A stretch of DNA of 64,000 bases. Source: Candidatus Omnitrophota bacterium (lineage in GTDB: Bacteria > Omnitrophota > Omnitrophia > Omnitrophales > Aquincolibacteriaceae). Where the stretch lies: the NCBI GenBank assembly GCA_003140935.1, contig PLLJ01000039.1, positions 12,007 to 76,006 on the forward strand, in the 5' to 3' direction. The notes under the pieces are model-generated. The model made no database searches, was not told the DNA's origin, and saw only the letters and a list, made by a program, of their open reading frames with translations. Shown here one piece after another: positions 9,411 through 19,090 of the stretch (positions within the stretch are counted from its first letter, which is position 1; every line of letters begins with the position of its first letter). Position numbers and translations under genes: made by a program.

Positions 9411-10820
9411 CTATTTCGTTTTCGCCCGGGTGATAAGTTGATCCAAAAGATACGCGGCCCGATCGATCTCTTCTTTTGGAATCTCGAGCGACGGGGCAAG
9501 CGTGATCACATTCTTGTAGTAGCCCCCGATATCGAGAACGAGTCCCATCGACTTCCCATCCGCCTCAAGGTTGCCTTCTAATCCGATCTGGAACATCCGG
9601 TCGGCCAGTGCGCGGTTGGGCGTCACACCGTCCTTTTCACACATTTCCATACGCATCGCAAGCCCAAGGCCATCGACGTCCCCGATTTCAGGATGCTTGC
9701 GCTGGAGCTGCCGCAGACGTTCAAGGAAATAAGCGCCTTGCGCCATGACCTTGGTGCCAAAGTCACTTTCCCCGAGGATATTCATGACCTCCAAGCCGGC
9801 TGCCGTGCCAAGCGTATTGGACGAAAAGGTCGAATGAGTGGATCCGGGTCCGAATTTTTCAGGTGAGATCAGGTCTTCCCGGGCCCAGATCCCCGAGATC
9901 GGATTCAAACCGTTGGTCAGGGCTTTGCCGAAGACCAGAATATCGGGTTGGACATCAAAATGTTCGAGTGCCCACATTTTCCCGGTTCTGAAAAAGCCCA
10001 TTTGGATCTCATCATCCACTACGAGAATGCCGTGATCACGACATATTTTGGCGAGCCGTTTGAAGTAATTTTTCGGAGGGATGATGTAGCCGCCCGTTCC
10101 CTGGATCGCTTCGATAAAAAAAGCGCCGAACTCCGCGCGTTTTGTTTTGGGGTTCCAGGTTCCCGTGTACTCGTGTTCGAATTTACGCTCAAACTCTCGG
10201 ATGAAATGATCCTCGGCAGCTTGGGGATCGCGCGGGAAAGGCGAACGGAACACGTACGGAAAAGGAATAAATTCAGCCCGGTCCCCGAATTCCCCGTAAG
10301 CTTCCCGGTAACGGTAGGACGACGTGATCGCTGATGCGGCCAATGTGCGGCCATGGTAACCGCCTTCAAAGGCGAACATCCTGGAGCGACCGGTATTTTT
10401 GCGTACCAGCTTTAAGGCATCTTCCACGGCCTGGGAACCGCCTACGTTAAAATGAACGCGGCCCTTCAGGCCGAATCCTTTTTTGACGCTTTCCACGATG
10501 CGTTCCGCCAGTTCGATCTTTTCGCGATGAAGATACTGACAAGCCAGCTGAGGAAGTTTGTCGATCTGCCGCTTGAGGGCCTCATTGACCCTGGAGTTGG
10601 CGTAACCCAGGTTCACGGCGGAATACCACATCTGAAGATCCAAATAGGGCTTTCCCATCATATCATAAAGATAGCTTCCTTCACACCGTTCGAAGATCTT
10701 GGGGCGCTCGGCATAATGCACCGTATCACCGTAAGAGCAGACTTCCCTTTCAACGGCCAGAAGTGATTCTTCGTCATGGATCAAAGCAGTAGATGAAAAT
10801 TTTACGGATTTTTTACTCAA
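9411..10820 (-). CDS. Class III PLP-dependent aminotransferase
   Basis: YLDL, GGYHGRT, DEIQMGF.RTG, FGKALTNG (PLP lysine), HSTF. TTG start with GGAGG RBS. Confidence 0.92.
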   Translation of the reverse strand: MSKKSVKFSSTALIHDEESLLAVEREVCSYGDTVHYAERPKIFERCEGSYLYDMMGKPYLDLQMWYSAVNLGYANSRVNEALKRQIDKLPQLACQYLHREKIELAERIVESVKKGFGLKGRVHFNVGGSQAVEDALKLVRKNTGRSRMFAFEGGYHGRTLAASAITSSYRYREAYGEFGDRAEFIPFPYVFRSPFPRDPQAAEDHFIREFERKFEHEYTGTWNPKTKRAEFGAFFIEAIQGTGGYIIPPKNYFKRLAKICRDHGILVVDDEIQMGFFRTGKMWALEHFDVQPDILVFGKALTNGLNPISGIWAREDLISPEKFGPGSTHSTFSSNTLGTAAGLEVMNILGESDFGTKVMAQGAYFLERLRQLQRKHPEIGDVDGLGLAMRMEMCEKDGVTPNRALADRMFQIGLEGNLEADGKSMGLVLDIGGYYKNVITLAPSLEIPKEEIDRAAYLLDQLITRAKTK

Positions 10821-10939
10821 TGTAAATTCCTCCCTGGAATTTTAAAAGGAATCGTTAACTTATGTGCCGGCGGGACACAAAGCCTTCGGGTCATTCAAGC
10901 ATTGAATAGGGGGCATTTTGCGCTTTTCTTAAACAAGAA

Positions 10940-11338
10940 TCAATAAGATTTAGTCTCCTTTTCAAAAGCATCGACGATCAGACGTATTTCGGGCGTTTGC
11001 CCTTCTTTCCAAAGGATTGCAACAACATCGAATGCGATCGGGGATTTTGAAATTTTCTTTTCTTTTAAATACCACTGGGCGATCTTGAAGATCTTTTCCT
11101 GTTTCCGAAGATCCACAGCCTCTTGCGGCAGCCCGAACTGGGCGCTTGTTCGCGTTTTTATTTCAATAAATGCGAGTCTTCCCTGCCGCCGGGCGATCAC
11201 ATCGATCTCTCCGAGCTTGCATTTATAATTCTTTTCGAGGATTTCGTATCCGTGATCTTTCAGGAACCCGCAAGCCGCCGTTTCGCCTCGTTCCCCCAAA
11301 GATAGTCGGAAGGATCCGGGATGGGGCGTTAGCTTCAT
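10940..11338 (-). CDS. yraN: YraN family nuclease-fold protein
   Basis: GERGE…A, GEIDVIA, FIEIKTR, FDVVAI; typical position after rnhB. Confidence 0.92.
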   Translation of the reverse strand: MKLTPHPGSFRLSLGERGETAACGFLKDHGYEILEKNYKCKLGEIDVIARRQGRLAFIEIKTRTSAQFGLPQEAVDLRKQEKIFKIAQWYLKEKKISKSPIAFDVVAILWKEGQTPEIRLIVDAFEKETKSY

Positions 11339-11360
11339 AAAGTCGCTTTTCCGGTGGCGG

Positions 11361-12032
11361 TCATCTTTTTATTTTGGGGGGAAAAATCATCGCGGCTTCC
11401 CGCACCGGTGCAAAGCTGCGACGGTGGACAGAAGAGGGGCCTTTTTCTTTGAGGGCTTGCATATGCTCGACAGTTCCGTACCCTTTGTGCCTGTGAAACC
11501 CATAAGCGGGATAAAGTTCATGGAGTTTTTGCATCCAATGGTCGCGAAAGACCTTGGCTACAATCGACGCGGCGGCGATGCTCGCTGATTTTCCGTCCCC
11601 GTGAATAATGCCTTTTTGATCGATTTCGAGGTCCAGACGCATGGGTCCATCAATCAGAAGACTCGCGGGAGTGTGCGGAAGGTTTAGAACGGCCTTTTTC
11701 ATGGCCACGCGCGTAGCTTCGTAGATATTGAGCGTATCGATCTGTTTTTCGTCCGCAAAACCGATACCGACGATCGAAGAGCGCGCAATTTTGATATAAA
11801 GTTCTTCGCGACGTTTGGCGCTTAATTTTTTGGAATCATCAATACCCGCAAGAGTTTCGGATCGCACAAGGATTACAGCCGCCGCAACGACCGGGCCGGC
11901 CAAAGGACCCCGTCCGGCTTCGTCCACGCCCGCCATCCATCCTCCGCCCATCGTGAGGACTTCCTGCCGGTCAAAGGCGAGGAGTCTCTCCAGGAGAAGT
12001 GTCTTTCGAGATATTTTTTCGGCGATCTCCAT
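11361..12032 (-). CDS. rnhB: Ribonuclease HII
   Basis: GVDEAGRGPLAGPV, DSKKL, IAAASIVAKV, HKGYGT. Confidence 0.97.
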   Translation of the reverse strand: MEIAEKISRKTLLLERLLAFDRQEVLTMGGGWMAGVDEAGRGPLAGPVVAAAVILVRSETLAGIDDSKKLSAKRREELYIKIARSSIVGIGFADEKQIDTLNIYEATRVAMKKAVLNLPHTPASLLIDGPMRLDLEIDQKGIIHGDGKSASIAAASIVAKVFRDHWMQKLHELYPAYGFHRHKGYGTVEHMQALKEKGPSSVHRRSFAPVREAAMIFPPKIKR

Positions 12033-12054
12033 TAGGCCATGACCTAAAGAGGTG

Positions 12055-12363
12055 TTATTGATTTTTCAGGTAATATAGCTTTGCGCGACGGACTTTGCCT
12101 TTCACGCTTACGGTAACCTTTTCAACGTTGGGCGAATGAAGCGGGAAGATCTTTTCGACCTTATCGCCGTAGCTTTCTTTGAGCACGGTGAAGCTCGCGC
12201 GAACGCCCTTTCCTTTTTTGCGGATGCAGACGCCCTCGAAAAGCTGGGTGCGTGTTTTGTCGCCTTCTTTGACGCGGACGTGCACCTTGAGGGTGTCACC
12301 CACGCGGAATTCCGGCGTTTTTTTCGCTGCGGCTTCTTTTTCTACGATATCCATTTTACTCAT
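12055..12363 (-). CDS. rplS: 50S ribosomal protein L19
   Basis: FRVGDT…[16 protein letters not shown]…[11 protein letters not shown]. Confidence 0.97.
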   Translation of the reverse strand: MSKMDIVEKEAAAKKTPEFRVGDTLKVHVRVKEGDKTRTQLFEGVCIRKKGKGVRASFTVLKESYGDKVEKIFPLHSPNVEKVTVSVKGKVRRAKLYYLKNQ

Positions 12364-12388
12364 TTGTCTATTCTCCCGTTTGTGTAAA

Positions 12389-13069
12389 TTATTTTAAAAG
12401 ATCAGGCCTTTTTCGCCTCGTCGACTGCTCGGCTGTTTTTTTACGCCATTTTTCCAGCTCTTTGTGGTCCCCCGATACAAGCACATCGGGCACTTTCCAT
12501 CCCCGGTATTCCCGGGGCCGTGTGTAGTGGGGATGCTCCAGCATCCTCGTTTGAAAACTTTCGTGCTTGATCGATTCCACGTTCCCCAAAACGCCCGGCA
12601 CAAGCCGCGTCACCGCCTCGATCAAACAAAGCGCCGGCGCTTCGCCTCCCATCGTAATAAAATCACCTGCCGATATTTCCTGGTCGATCAAATGGTCTTT
12701 GACGCGCTGGTCCACGCCTTCGTAATGTCCAGCGATCAAAACAAGGTGCTTTTTCTTTGCGAGCTTCGCGGCCAGCGCTTGGCTCATGGGCTCGCCTTGG
12801 GGATCGAGAAGCACCACCCAGGCGCCTTGGCCGATCGCTTCGACGCATTCGAAGATCGGCTCGGGCTTCATCACCATCCCAGCTCCGCCGCCGAACGGCT
12901 TATCATCCGCTGTTTTATGACGATCATGCGTCCAGTCGCGAAGGTTATGCGTTCTTATTTTTATAAGCCCCTTCGCTTGCGCCTTTTCCAAAAGCGATTC
13001 TTTGAGCGGGCTTTTAAAAAAACCTGGGAAAAGAGTTACCAAATCGATGGTCAGAGCCAAAGGACTCAC
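12389..13069 (-). CDS. trmD: tRNA (guanine-N1)-methyltransferase
   Basis: [35 protein letters not shown]. Confidence 0.97.
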   Translation of the reverse strand: MSPLALTIDLVTLFPGFFKSPLKESLLEKAQAKGLIKIRTHNLRDWTHDRHKTADDKPFGGGAGMVMKPEPIFECVEAIGQGAWVVLLDPQGEPMSQALAAKLAKKKHLVLIAGHYEGVDQRVKDHLIDQEISAGDFITMGGEAPALCLIEAVTRLVPGVLGNVESIKHESFQTRMLEHPHYTRPREYRGWKVPDVLVSGDHKELEKWRKKTAEQSTRRKRPDLLK

Positions 13070-13081
13070 TCTTGCGCTCTG

Positions 13082-13336
13082 TCAGGATTTCTTTGTCTTT
13101 TTCTTTTCGCGCCGCACAAGGCTCTTCAGGGCCACGCTCATCTGCGCCCCCTGCTTCACCCAATAATCGAGACGATCCTGCTTCACGACAAAAATGTCTT
13201 CTTTGGGCAGAGCGTCGTAATAGCCGATCTCCTCGATGAAGCGTCCGTCACGCGGCATCTTCGCGTCGCTGACCACGATGCGCCACTGAGGACGGTTCTT
13301 GCTGCCGAAACGTTTCATTCTGATTTTGACTGCCAC
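13082..13336 (-). CDS. rpsP: 30S ribosomal protein S16
   Basis: AVKIRMKRFG…RIVV.D…RDGRFIEEIGYY; GGAGG RBS. Confidence 0.97.
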   Translation of the reverse strand: MAVKIRMKRFGSKNRPQWRIVVSDAKMPRDGRFIEEIGYYDALPKEDIFVVKQDRLDYWVKQGAQMSVALKSLVRREKKKTKKS

Positions 13337-13355
13337 ATAGCCTCCTTGATTTATG

Positions 13356-13415
13356 AGCGTTCAGCGGACAGCGAGTAGCTTTTTGCTAAACGCTCCACGC
13401 TCTCCGCTATTCGCT
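13356..13415. repeat. Heptamer tandem repeats arranged as an imperfect hairpin
   Basis: AGCGTTC AGCGGAC AGCGAGT AGC … GCT AAACGCT CCACGCT CTCCGCT ATTCGCT in the murA-rpsP spacer. Confidence 0.6.
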
Positions 13416-13422
13416 TTTAAAA

Positions 13423-14688
13423 TTATTCCTTTTCCCTGCGGATCGAAGCTCCGAGGGACGTGAGTTTCTGTTCGAGGTTCTCATAACCCCGGTCCAGGTG
13501 ATAGACACGCTGGACTTCCGTCGCGCCTTCCGCGACGAGACCCGCGAGCACAAGCGCCGCGCTGGCCCTGAGGTCGGAGGCCATGACAGGCGCTCCGCTC
13601 AACTTTTTGACGCCATGCACAATGGCACTCGGCCCTTCCAGAAACACCTTCGCGCCCATACGGCCGAGTTCGGGCACATGCATAAAACGATTCGGGTAGA
13701 TCTTTTCCGTGATCACGCTGATTCCCGGCGTGACGGTCGCAAGTGCCATCGCCTGCGCTTGAAGATCCGTCGGAAATGCCGGATACGGCAACGTTGTGAT
13801 ATCTACGGGTTTCAATCTTCCGTTTTTTCTTACGCGTGCTGAATTCTTGAACTTTTCAACGCGCACGCCCGCTTGATGAAGTTTGTCGATCACTGCATTC
13901 AGATGGCTCGGCTCCATTTTCCGGACCAAGATATCCCCGCCCGTGATTGCCGCGGCATAAAGGAACGTCCCGGCCTCGATCCGATCCGGGATCACCTGAT
14001 GCTCTGCGCCATGGAGCTTCCTGACACCTTCGATCTCAATGCGCGGTGAGCCTTCGCCAACGATCTTTGCGCCCATTTTCCTTAAAAACTTTGCGAGATC
14101 CACAACTTCGGGTTCGCAAGCCGCGTTTTCGATCACGGTTTTCCCATACGCCAAGGTCGCCGCCATCATGACATTATCCGTGGCTAATACCGACGAACCG
14201 TAACCGCCTCCAAGATAGATCTCTGAGCCGCGCAATTTCGTTTTGGCTCTTACCTTCACGTAGCCGTGTTCGATCATGATCTCGGCATTCAGCGCTTCGA
14301 GGCCTTTTAGGTGGAGGTCGATCGGTCTTGGCCCGATCGCACATCCCCCTGGAAGCGAAACCTCCGCTTCCCCGAGCCGCGCCAAAAGCGGTCCCAGCAC
14401 GCACACCGACGCGCGCATGGTCTTCACAAGTTTATAGGGCGCAAGTGGCTTCAGGTTTTTTCCCGGCTTGACCTTTAAGCAACCATTCTCAAGGATCGCC
14501 TTCGCGCCTAGCGAGCGAAGAAGCTTGACCATGGTGTGTACATCCCAAAGCGACGGGACGTTCGTAACCACGGACTCTTCTTCGGTAAGAAGTGCTGCCG
14601 CCATGATCGGCAGCACCGCGTTCTTTGACCCGGAAATATCGACTTCGCCCTTGAGCCGACGTCCCCCTTCAATAATGATTTTATCCAT
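13423..14688 (-). CDS. murA: UDP-N-acetylglucosamine 1-carboxyvinyltransferase
   Basis: [21 protein letters not shown] (catalytic Cys), DRIEAGT, DLRASA, HLDRGYE. Confidence 0.98.
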   Translation of the reverse strand: MDKIIIEGGRRLKGEVDISGSKNAVLPIMAAALLTEEESVVTNVPSLWDVHTMVKLLRSLGAKAILENGCLKVKPGKNLKPLAPYKLVKTMRASVCVLGPLLARLGEAEVSLPGGCAIGPRPIDLHLKGLEALNAEIMIEHGYVKVRAKTKLRGSEIYLGGGYGSSVLATDNVMMAATLAYGKTVIENAACEPEVVDLAKFLRKMGAKIVGEGSPRIEIEGVRKLHGAEHQVIPDRIEAGTFLYAAAITGGDILVRKMEPSHLNAVIDKLHQAGVRVEKFKNSARVRKNGRLKPVDITTLPYPAFPTDLQAQAMALATVTPGISVITEKIYPNRFMHVPELGRMGAKVFLEGPSAIVHGVKKLSGAPVMASDLRASAALVLAGLVAEGATEVQRVYHLDRGYENLEQKLTSLGASIRREKE

Positions 14689-14694
14689 ACAAAA

Positions 14695-15576
14695 TTAAAA
14701 ATTCCCCCGGGCCATTACGACCCTCTGAACCCGCAAATGGTCATCGAAACGTTGGATATTATCATAACCCGCGGCCTGAAGCCACGTTGAAACCTCCTCC
14801 GCCTGGCCCTGCCCCACTTCCAGGGCGAGCAGCCCTCCGGAGGTCAAGTGACCTTTCGCGCCGCGAATGATCTTCCGGTAAAAGTCCAGGCCGTCTTTCC
14901 CGCCATCTAAAGCCCTTTTGGGCTCAAATTTAAGCTCTTCCTGAACTTTTTCCCAATCTTTTTCTGATAAATAAGGAGGATTCGAAACGATCAAATCCCA
15001 TTTTTCATTGCTTGAAAACGGCTCAAATAAGTCCCCCCGGACCCTTTTCGCGCGATCTTCCAACACGTAACGCTTCAGATTCTCCTGAGCCACCTCAAGC
15101 GCCTCTCCGGAGATATCAAGCATCGTCCCTGTGGCATTCTTAAAAACGCGCAGGATCGCAACGGCGATAGCACCGGAACCCGTTCCGATGTCTAAAAAAG
15201 AAAACTTTTTTTCGGCGTTCTTTCCGAGCGCTTTCAAAACCTGCTCGACCAGGATCTCGGTCTCAGGACGCGGGATAAGGCATCGTTCATCCACATATAA
15301 AGTCTCCTGCCAAAAATCCGCCTCTTTTAAAAGGTAGGCGAGCGGTATTCGTCCAAGTCTTTTTTCAAGGAGCGCCAGAAAACGTTCACGCGTGCCCGAA
15401 GCAACGAGTTCGTGTTCTTTTAAATAGATCTCGGAACGCGAGCACCCTAAGAGCTTCATCAAGATACGCTCGCATTCCTCTTGCGCTTCCTCAATGCCGC
15501 TCCGCGAGAGTTCCGCGCGGCTCCAGGCGATCAGTTCGAGAAGTTCGCCGTTTTTTATTTTTTTTAAACAGTTCAT
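14695..15576 (-). CDS. prmC: Release factor glutamine methyltransferase
   Basis: LIPRPETE, DIGTGSG, SNPPY; follows prfA. Confidence 0.96.
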   Translation of the reverse strand: MNCLKKIKNGELLELIAWSRAELSRSGIEEAQEECERILMKLLGCSRSEIYLKEHELVASGTRERFLALLEKRLGRIPLAYLLKEADFWQETLYVDERCLIPRPETEILVEQVLKALGKNAEKKFSFLDIGTGSGAIAVAILRVFKNATGTMLDISGEALEVAQENLKRYVLEDRAKRVRGDLFEPFSSNEKWDLIVSNPPYLSEKDWEKVQEELKFEPKRALDGGKDGLDFYRKIIRGAKGHLTSGGLLALEVGQGQAEEVSTWLQAAGYDNIQRFDDHLRVQRVVMARGNF

Positions 15577-16643
15577 AACGCCGTGAGAAGACGGACTTTT
15601 TCATCTTCCGCAAGTGCTTGAACGACCGGGTCCAGTTTTCCGTCCAGGACTTGGTTTAGGCTGTGAAGTGTAAGACCGATCCGGTGGTCTGTCACACGGT
15701 TGTCCGGATAATTATAAGTCCTGATCTTGCCCGAGCGATCCCCCGAACCGATCTGCGCTTTGCGGTTCTTGGCAACCTCGGCTTCCTGCTGAGCACGGCG
15801 GAAATCAAAGATCTTTGCGCGGAGAATACGCATCGCCTTCGCTTTGTTTTTTTGCTGGGACCGCTCATCCTGACACGCGACCACGAACCCCGTCGGCATG
15901 TGGGTGATGCGCACCGCCGATTCGGTTTTATTCACATGTTGTCCGCCGGCTCCGGAGGCGCGATAGACGTCGATCCGGAGATCGGTGGAAAGGATCTCGA
16001 TCTCTTCTTCCTCTACATCGGGCAATACCGCCACCGTGACCGCCGAGGTGTGGATGCGCCCGCTTGCTTCGGTCTTCGGCACGCGTTGAACGCGATGGAT
16101 CCCGCTTTCATATTTGAAATAACTGAAAACGCGTTCCCCGGTAACGCCGAAAATGATCTCCTTGAACCCACCGATCCCCGTGGGATTCGTGTCCATCACT
16201 TCGACGCGCAAACCATGATTTCCCGCATACATGCTATACATGCGGAAAAGGTCTCCTGCAAAAAGTGCGGCTTCCTCCCCGCCCGTCCCCGCCCGGATCT
16301 CCACGATCACGTCCCGTGCCGCATCGGGCTGCATGTCCCGGAGAAAAAGCTCCTCGAGTTTGCCTTCCCGTTCCTTCTGTTTTTCCTCGAGAATCTTTAT
16401 CTCTTCCGTGATAAGGCTTTTCATGGCCTCATCGCCGTGGCTATCGCCATGACTGTGCTTCAGCCCGGCGATCTCGCGCTCGCTTTCTTTGTATTTCTCG
16501 AAAAGTTCTATGATCGGCCGCAGCAAAGACATTTCCTTGCTCAGGGCCTGGAACTTGCTCCGGGCAGTATCGGGATTTGTGAGCAAGGCCTCGATCTCGC
16601 GAAACCTTGCCTCCGTTTTTTCTAGACGTTCACGAATTCTCAT
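15573..16643 (-). CDS. prfA: Peptide chain release factor 1
   Basis: EIRAGTGGEEA, PKT recognition loop, GGQ. Start placed at ATG 16643 (MRIRERLEK). Confidence 0.97.
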   Translation of the reverse strand: MRIRERLEKTEARFREIEALLTNPDTARSKFQALSKEMSLLRPIIELFEKYKESEREIAGLKHSHGDSHGDEAMKSLITEEIKILEEKQKEREGKLEELFLRDMQPDAARDVIVEIRAGTGGEEAALFAGDLFRMYSMYAGNHGLRVEVMDTNPTGIGGFKEIIFGVTGERVFSYFKYESGIHRVQRVPKTEASGRIHTSAVTVAVLPDVEEEEIEILSTDLRIDVYRASGAGGQHVNKTESAVRITHMPTGFVVACQDERSQQKNKAKAMRILRAKIFDFRRAQQEAEVAKNRKAQIGSGDRSGKIRTYNYPDNRVTDHRIGLTLHSLNQVLDGKLDPVVQALAEDEKVRLLTAL

Positions 16644-16649
16644 AAGAAG

Positions 16650-16678
16650 GGGCCACGAACCATGGGCCACGAACCATG
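16650..16678. repeat. 14-bp tandem duplication with 7-nt periodicity
   Basis: GGGCCACGAACCAT twice, immediately upstream of prfA. Confidence 0.6.
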
Positions 16679-16717
16679 AAAACATGATGCGTGGACCGTA
16701 GAACGAGTTTTTTCGTT

Positions 16718-17041
16718 TTACTTGCCTTGGGCCTTAACCTTTTCTTTTAGGGCCTGGAGTTTTTCTTTCCGGGCATCCTCGGAGAACTTGAGTTTCACCG
16801 GCAGCTTGGGCATCACTTTGGTCGACTTTTTGTTGACGGCCACGCGGTCCTGGAATTTTTTCTTGAACCGATCGATACGCCCGGCGGTATCCAGGATCTT
16901 TTGCTTGCCCGTAAAGAACGGGTGGCAGTTCGAACAGATGTCCACTTGGATCCGGGGCATCACGCTACGCGTCTCGATCGTATTACCGCATGCGCACTGG
17001 ATGGTGGAGAGACCGTATTTCGGATGAATGTCTTTTTTCAC
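16718..17041 (-). CDS. rpmE: 50S ribosomal protein L31 (Zn-binding type) with basic C-terminal extension
   Basis: [28 protein letters not shown], plus a ~40-aa Lys-rich tail. Confidence 0.96.
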   Translation of the reverse strand: MKKDIHPKYGLSTIQCACGNTIETRSVMPRIQVDICSNCHPFFTGKQKILDTAGRIDRFKKKFQDRVAVNKKSTKVMPKLPVKLKFSEDARKEKLQALKEKVKAQGK

Positions 17042-17045
17042 TTTT

Positions 17046-18479
17046 TTACTCCTTTACTTTATTCATGCTGAGAAGAAAATCAGCGTTGGATTTGGTTTTT
17101 TTAAGACGGTCCACCAGAAGCTCCATCGCTTCCGACGGGTTCAGTTCGTTCAGGACCTTGCGGAGGATCCACACCCGGTTGAGCTCCTCGGCGGGGATCA
17201 GAAGATCTTCTTTGCGCGTGTTGGATTTCTTCACGTCAATAGCCGGATAGATCCTGCGCTGGAAAAGGTTACGGTCGAGTTGCAACTCCATATTGCCCGT
17301 GCCTTTAAATTCTTCGAAAATGACTTCGTCCATGCGCGATCCCGTATCCACGAGCGCGGTGGCGATGATCGTAATGCTCCCGCCTTCTTCGACGTTGCGG
17401 GCAGAGCCGAAAAAGCGTTTTGGCTTGTGCAGCGCATTCGAATCCACGCCGCCGGAAAGGATCTTTCCGGAATGCGGGGCCACGGCGTTGTAGGCCCTGG
17501 CCAAACGGGTGATACTGTCCAGGAGGATCACCACATCGCGCTTGTGCTCGACCAGACGTTTGGCCTTCTCCAGCACGATCTCCGCGACTTGAACGTGCCG
17601 GTCCGCGGGTTCATCAAAGGTCGAGGCGATGACCTCGCCTTTCACGGAGCGTTGCATATCGGTCACTTCCTCGGGACGTTCATCGATCAAAAGCACGATC
17701 AGATACGCCTCCGGATGGTTCGTCGTGATGCTGTTGGCGATTTTCTGGAGAAGGATCGTTTTGCCGCTGTAGGGCTGCGCAACAATCATCCCGCGTTGTC
17801 CAAAGCCGATCGGCGTCAGGAGGTCCATCACGCGCATCGAGACTTCTTCCTGCGTGGTCTCGAGCTGGATCCTTTGGTCCGGATAAAGCGGCGTAAGGTT
17901 GTCGAAGGCGATCTTGTCTTTCGCGCTGTCCGTCTCTTCAAAATTAATGAGCTCGACTTTGAGCAGGGCGAAATAACGCTCTCCCTCTTTCGGCGGACGG
18001 ATAAGGCCGCCCACCACGTCCCCGGTCCTCAAATTGAACCGGCGGATCTGGCTCGGGCTGACATAAATGTCGTCCGGCGAAGGGAGATAGTTATAATTGG
18101 GGGAGCGCAGGAAACCGAACCCGTCCTCCAGGATCTCCAGCACGCCTTCCCCGAACATGAGCCCGGATTGCTGGGCCTGGCCCTGAAGGACTTTGAAGAT
18201 CAGGTCCTGGCGCTTGAGCCCGGCGACGTTCTCGACGTTGAATTTATGCGCCATTTTCTGAAGTTCGCTGATTTTCATTTTCTTCAGACTGACGACGTCA
18301 AGCGGCTTTTCGCCGGATTTCTGCTGCTGCAGCGCCCTTTCAAGGGCCTCACCGTTCGCTGCGGCGTCCTCCTGCATCATGCGCGGCGGGCGCGGCTTCA
18401 CGGTCCCGTCCTCGGACCGCCGGTGATGCGGGTGTGTTCTTTCCCTGGGTTCCCTTACGTCTCTTATTTCTCTCGTCAT
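17046..18479 (-). CDS. rho: Transcription termination factor Rho
   Basis: [23 protein letters not shown]…[22 protein letters not shown] 18479 overlaps the coaE stop. Confidence 0.98.
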   Translation of the reverse strand: MTREIRDVREPRERTHPHHRRSEDGTVKPRPPRMMQEDAAANGEALERALQQQKSGEKPLDVVSLKKMKISELQKMAHKFNVENVAGLKRQDLIFKVLQGQAQQSGLMFGEGVLEILEDGFGFLRSPNYNYLPSPDDIYVSPSQIRRFNLRTGDVVGGLIRPPKEGERYFALLKVELINFEETDSAKDKIAFDNLTPLYPDQRIQLETTQEEVSMRVMDLLTPIGFGQRGMIVAQPYSGKTILLQKIANSITTNHPEAYLIVLLIDERPEEVTDMQRSVKGEVIASTFDEPADRHVQVAEIVLEKAKRLVEHKRDVVILLDSITRLARAYNAVAPHSGKILSGGVDSNALHKPKRFFGSARNVEEGGSITIIATALVDTGSRMDEVIFEEFKGTGNMELQLDRNLFQRRIYPAIDVKKSNTRKEDLLIPAEELNRVWILRKVLNELNPSEAMELLVDRLKKTKSNADFLLSMNKVKE

Positions 18480-19090
18480 TGTTTGTTGGCTCCTTTGGAA
18501 AGAGAGACGAATTTGTACCAAAGCCGTTCGATCTCTCTCTGTGTTTGGTAAATAGACTTCGAATTGTCGATGATAAAATTCCCTTTTTGCGCTTTCAGGT
18601 TCTCAGCCATCTGGGCCCGTTCGCGTGCCCGTACTTCTTGTTCCGTAAATTTTTTATTTTTAAGGCGTTTCATTTTGACGGTCGAATTGCATGCCACGAC
18701 CACGACCTTGTCGCAAAGGGTCTCGAAACCGGCTTCAAAGAGAAGCGGCACTTCCACGAGGATCACCGGCCGCTCGGACGATCCGATCCTTTCCTTGATC
18801 TTTTCATAAACGTACGGATGAATGATCGCCTCAAGCTCCTTCCGCTTCTTGGGATCGTTGAAAACGATCTCCGCGATCTTCTCCCGGTCCATTTTTTTAC
18901 CTCCGGGATGAAGCGCCTCTTCAAAAAGTTCGATGATCGGATCAAAGATCGGGCTGCCTTTTTTCATCGCGTCATGCGCGATCTGATCGGCATCGATCAC
19001 CTCGGCGCCAAAATTCTTGAAGCGTTGCGCCACCGAGCTTTTGCCGACCCCGAACCCCCCGGTCAGACCGATGACTAGTTTTTGTACCAT
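18476..19090 (-). CDS. coaE: Dephospho-CoA kinase
   Basis: [26 protein letters not shown]. Confidence 0.96.
   Translation of the reverse strand: MVQKLVIGLTGGFGVGKSSVAQRFKNFGAEVIDADQIAHDAMKKGSPIFDPIIELFEEALHPGGKKMDREKIAEIVFNDPKKRKELEAIIHPYVYEKIKERIGSSERPVILVEVPLLFEAGFETLCDKVVVVACNSTVKMKRLKNKKFTEQEVRARERAQMAENLKAQKGNFIIDNSKSIYQTQREIERLWYKFVSLSKGANKQ

Noticed and set aside
17028-18551. 507-aa plus-strand ORF (similarly 15663-16625, 39163-40500, 50575-51672, 12464-13378)
   Set aside because: Antisense shadows of rho, prfA, the SBP, gyrB and trmD/rpsP, with no recognisable motifs. Expected from codon bias.
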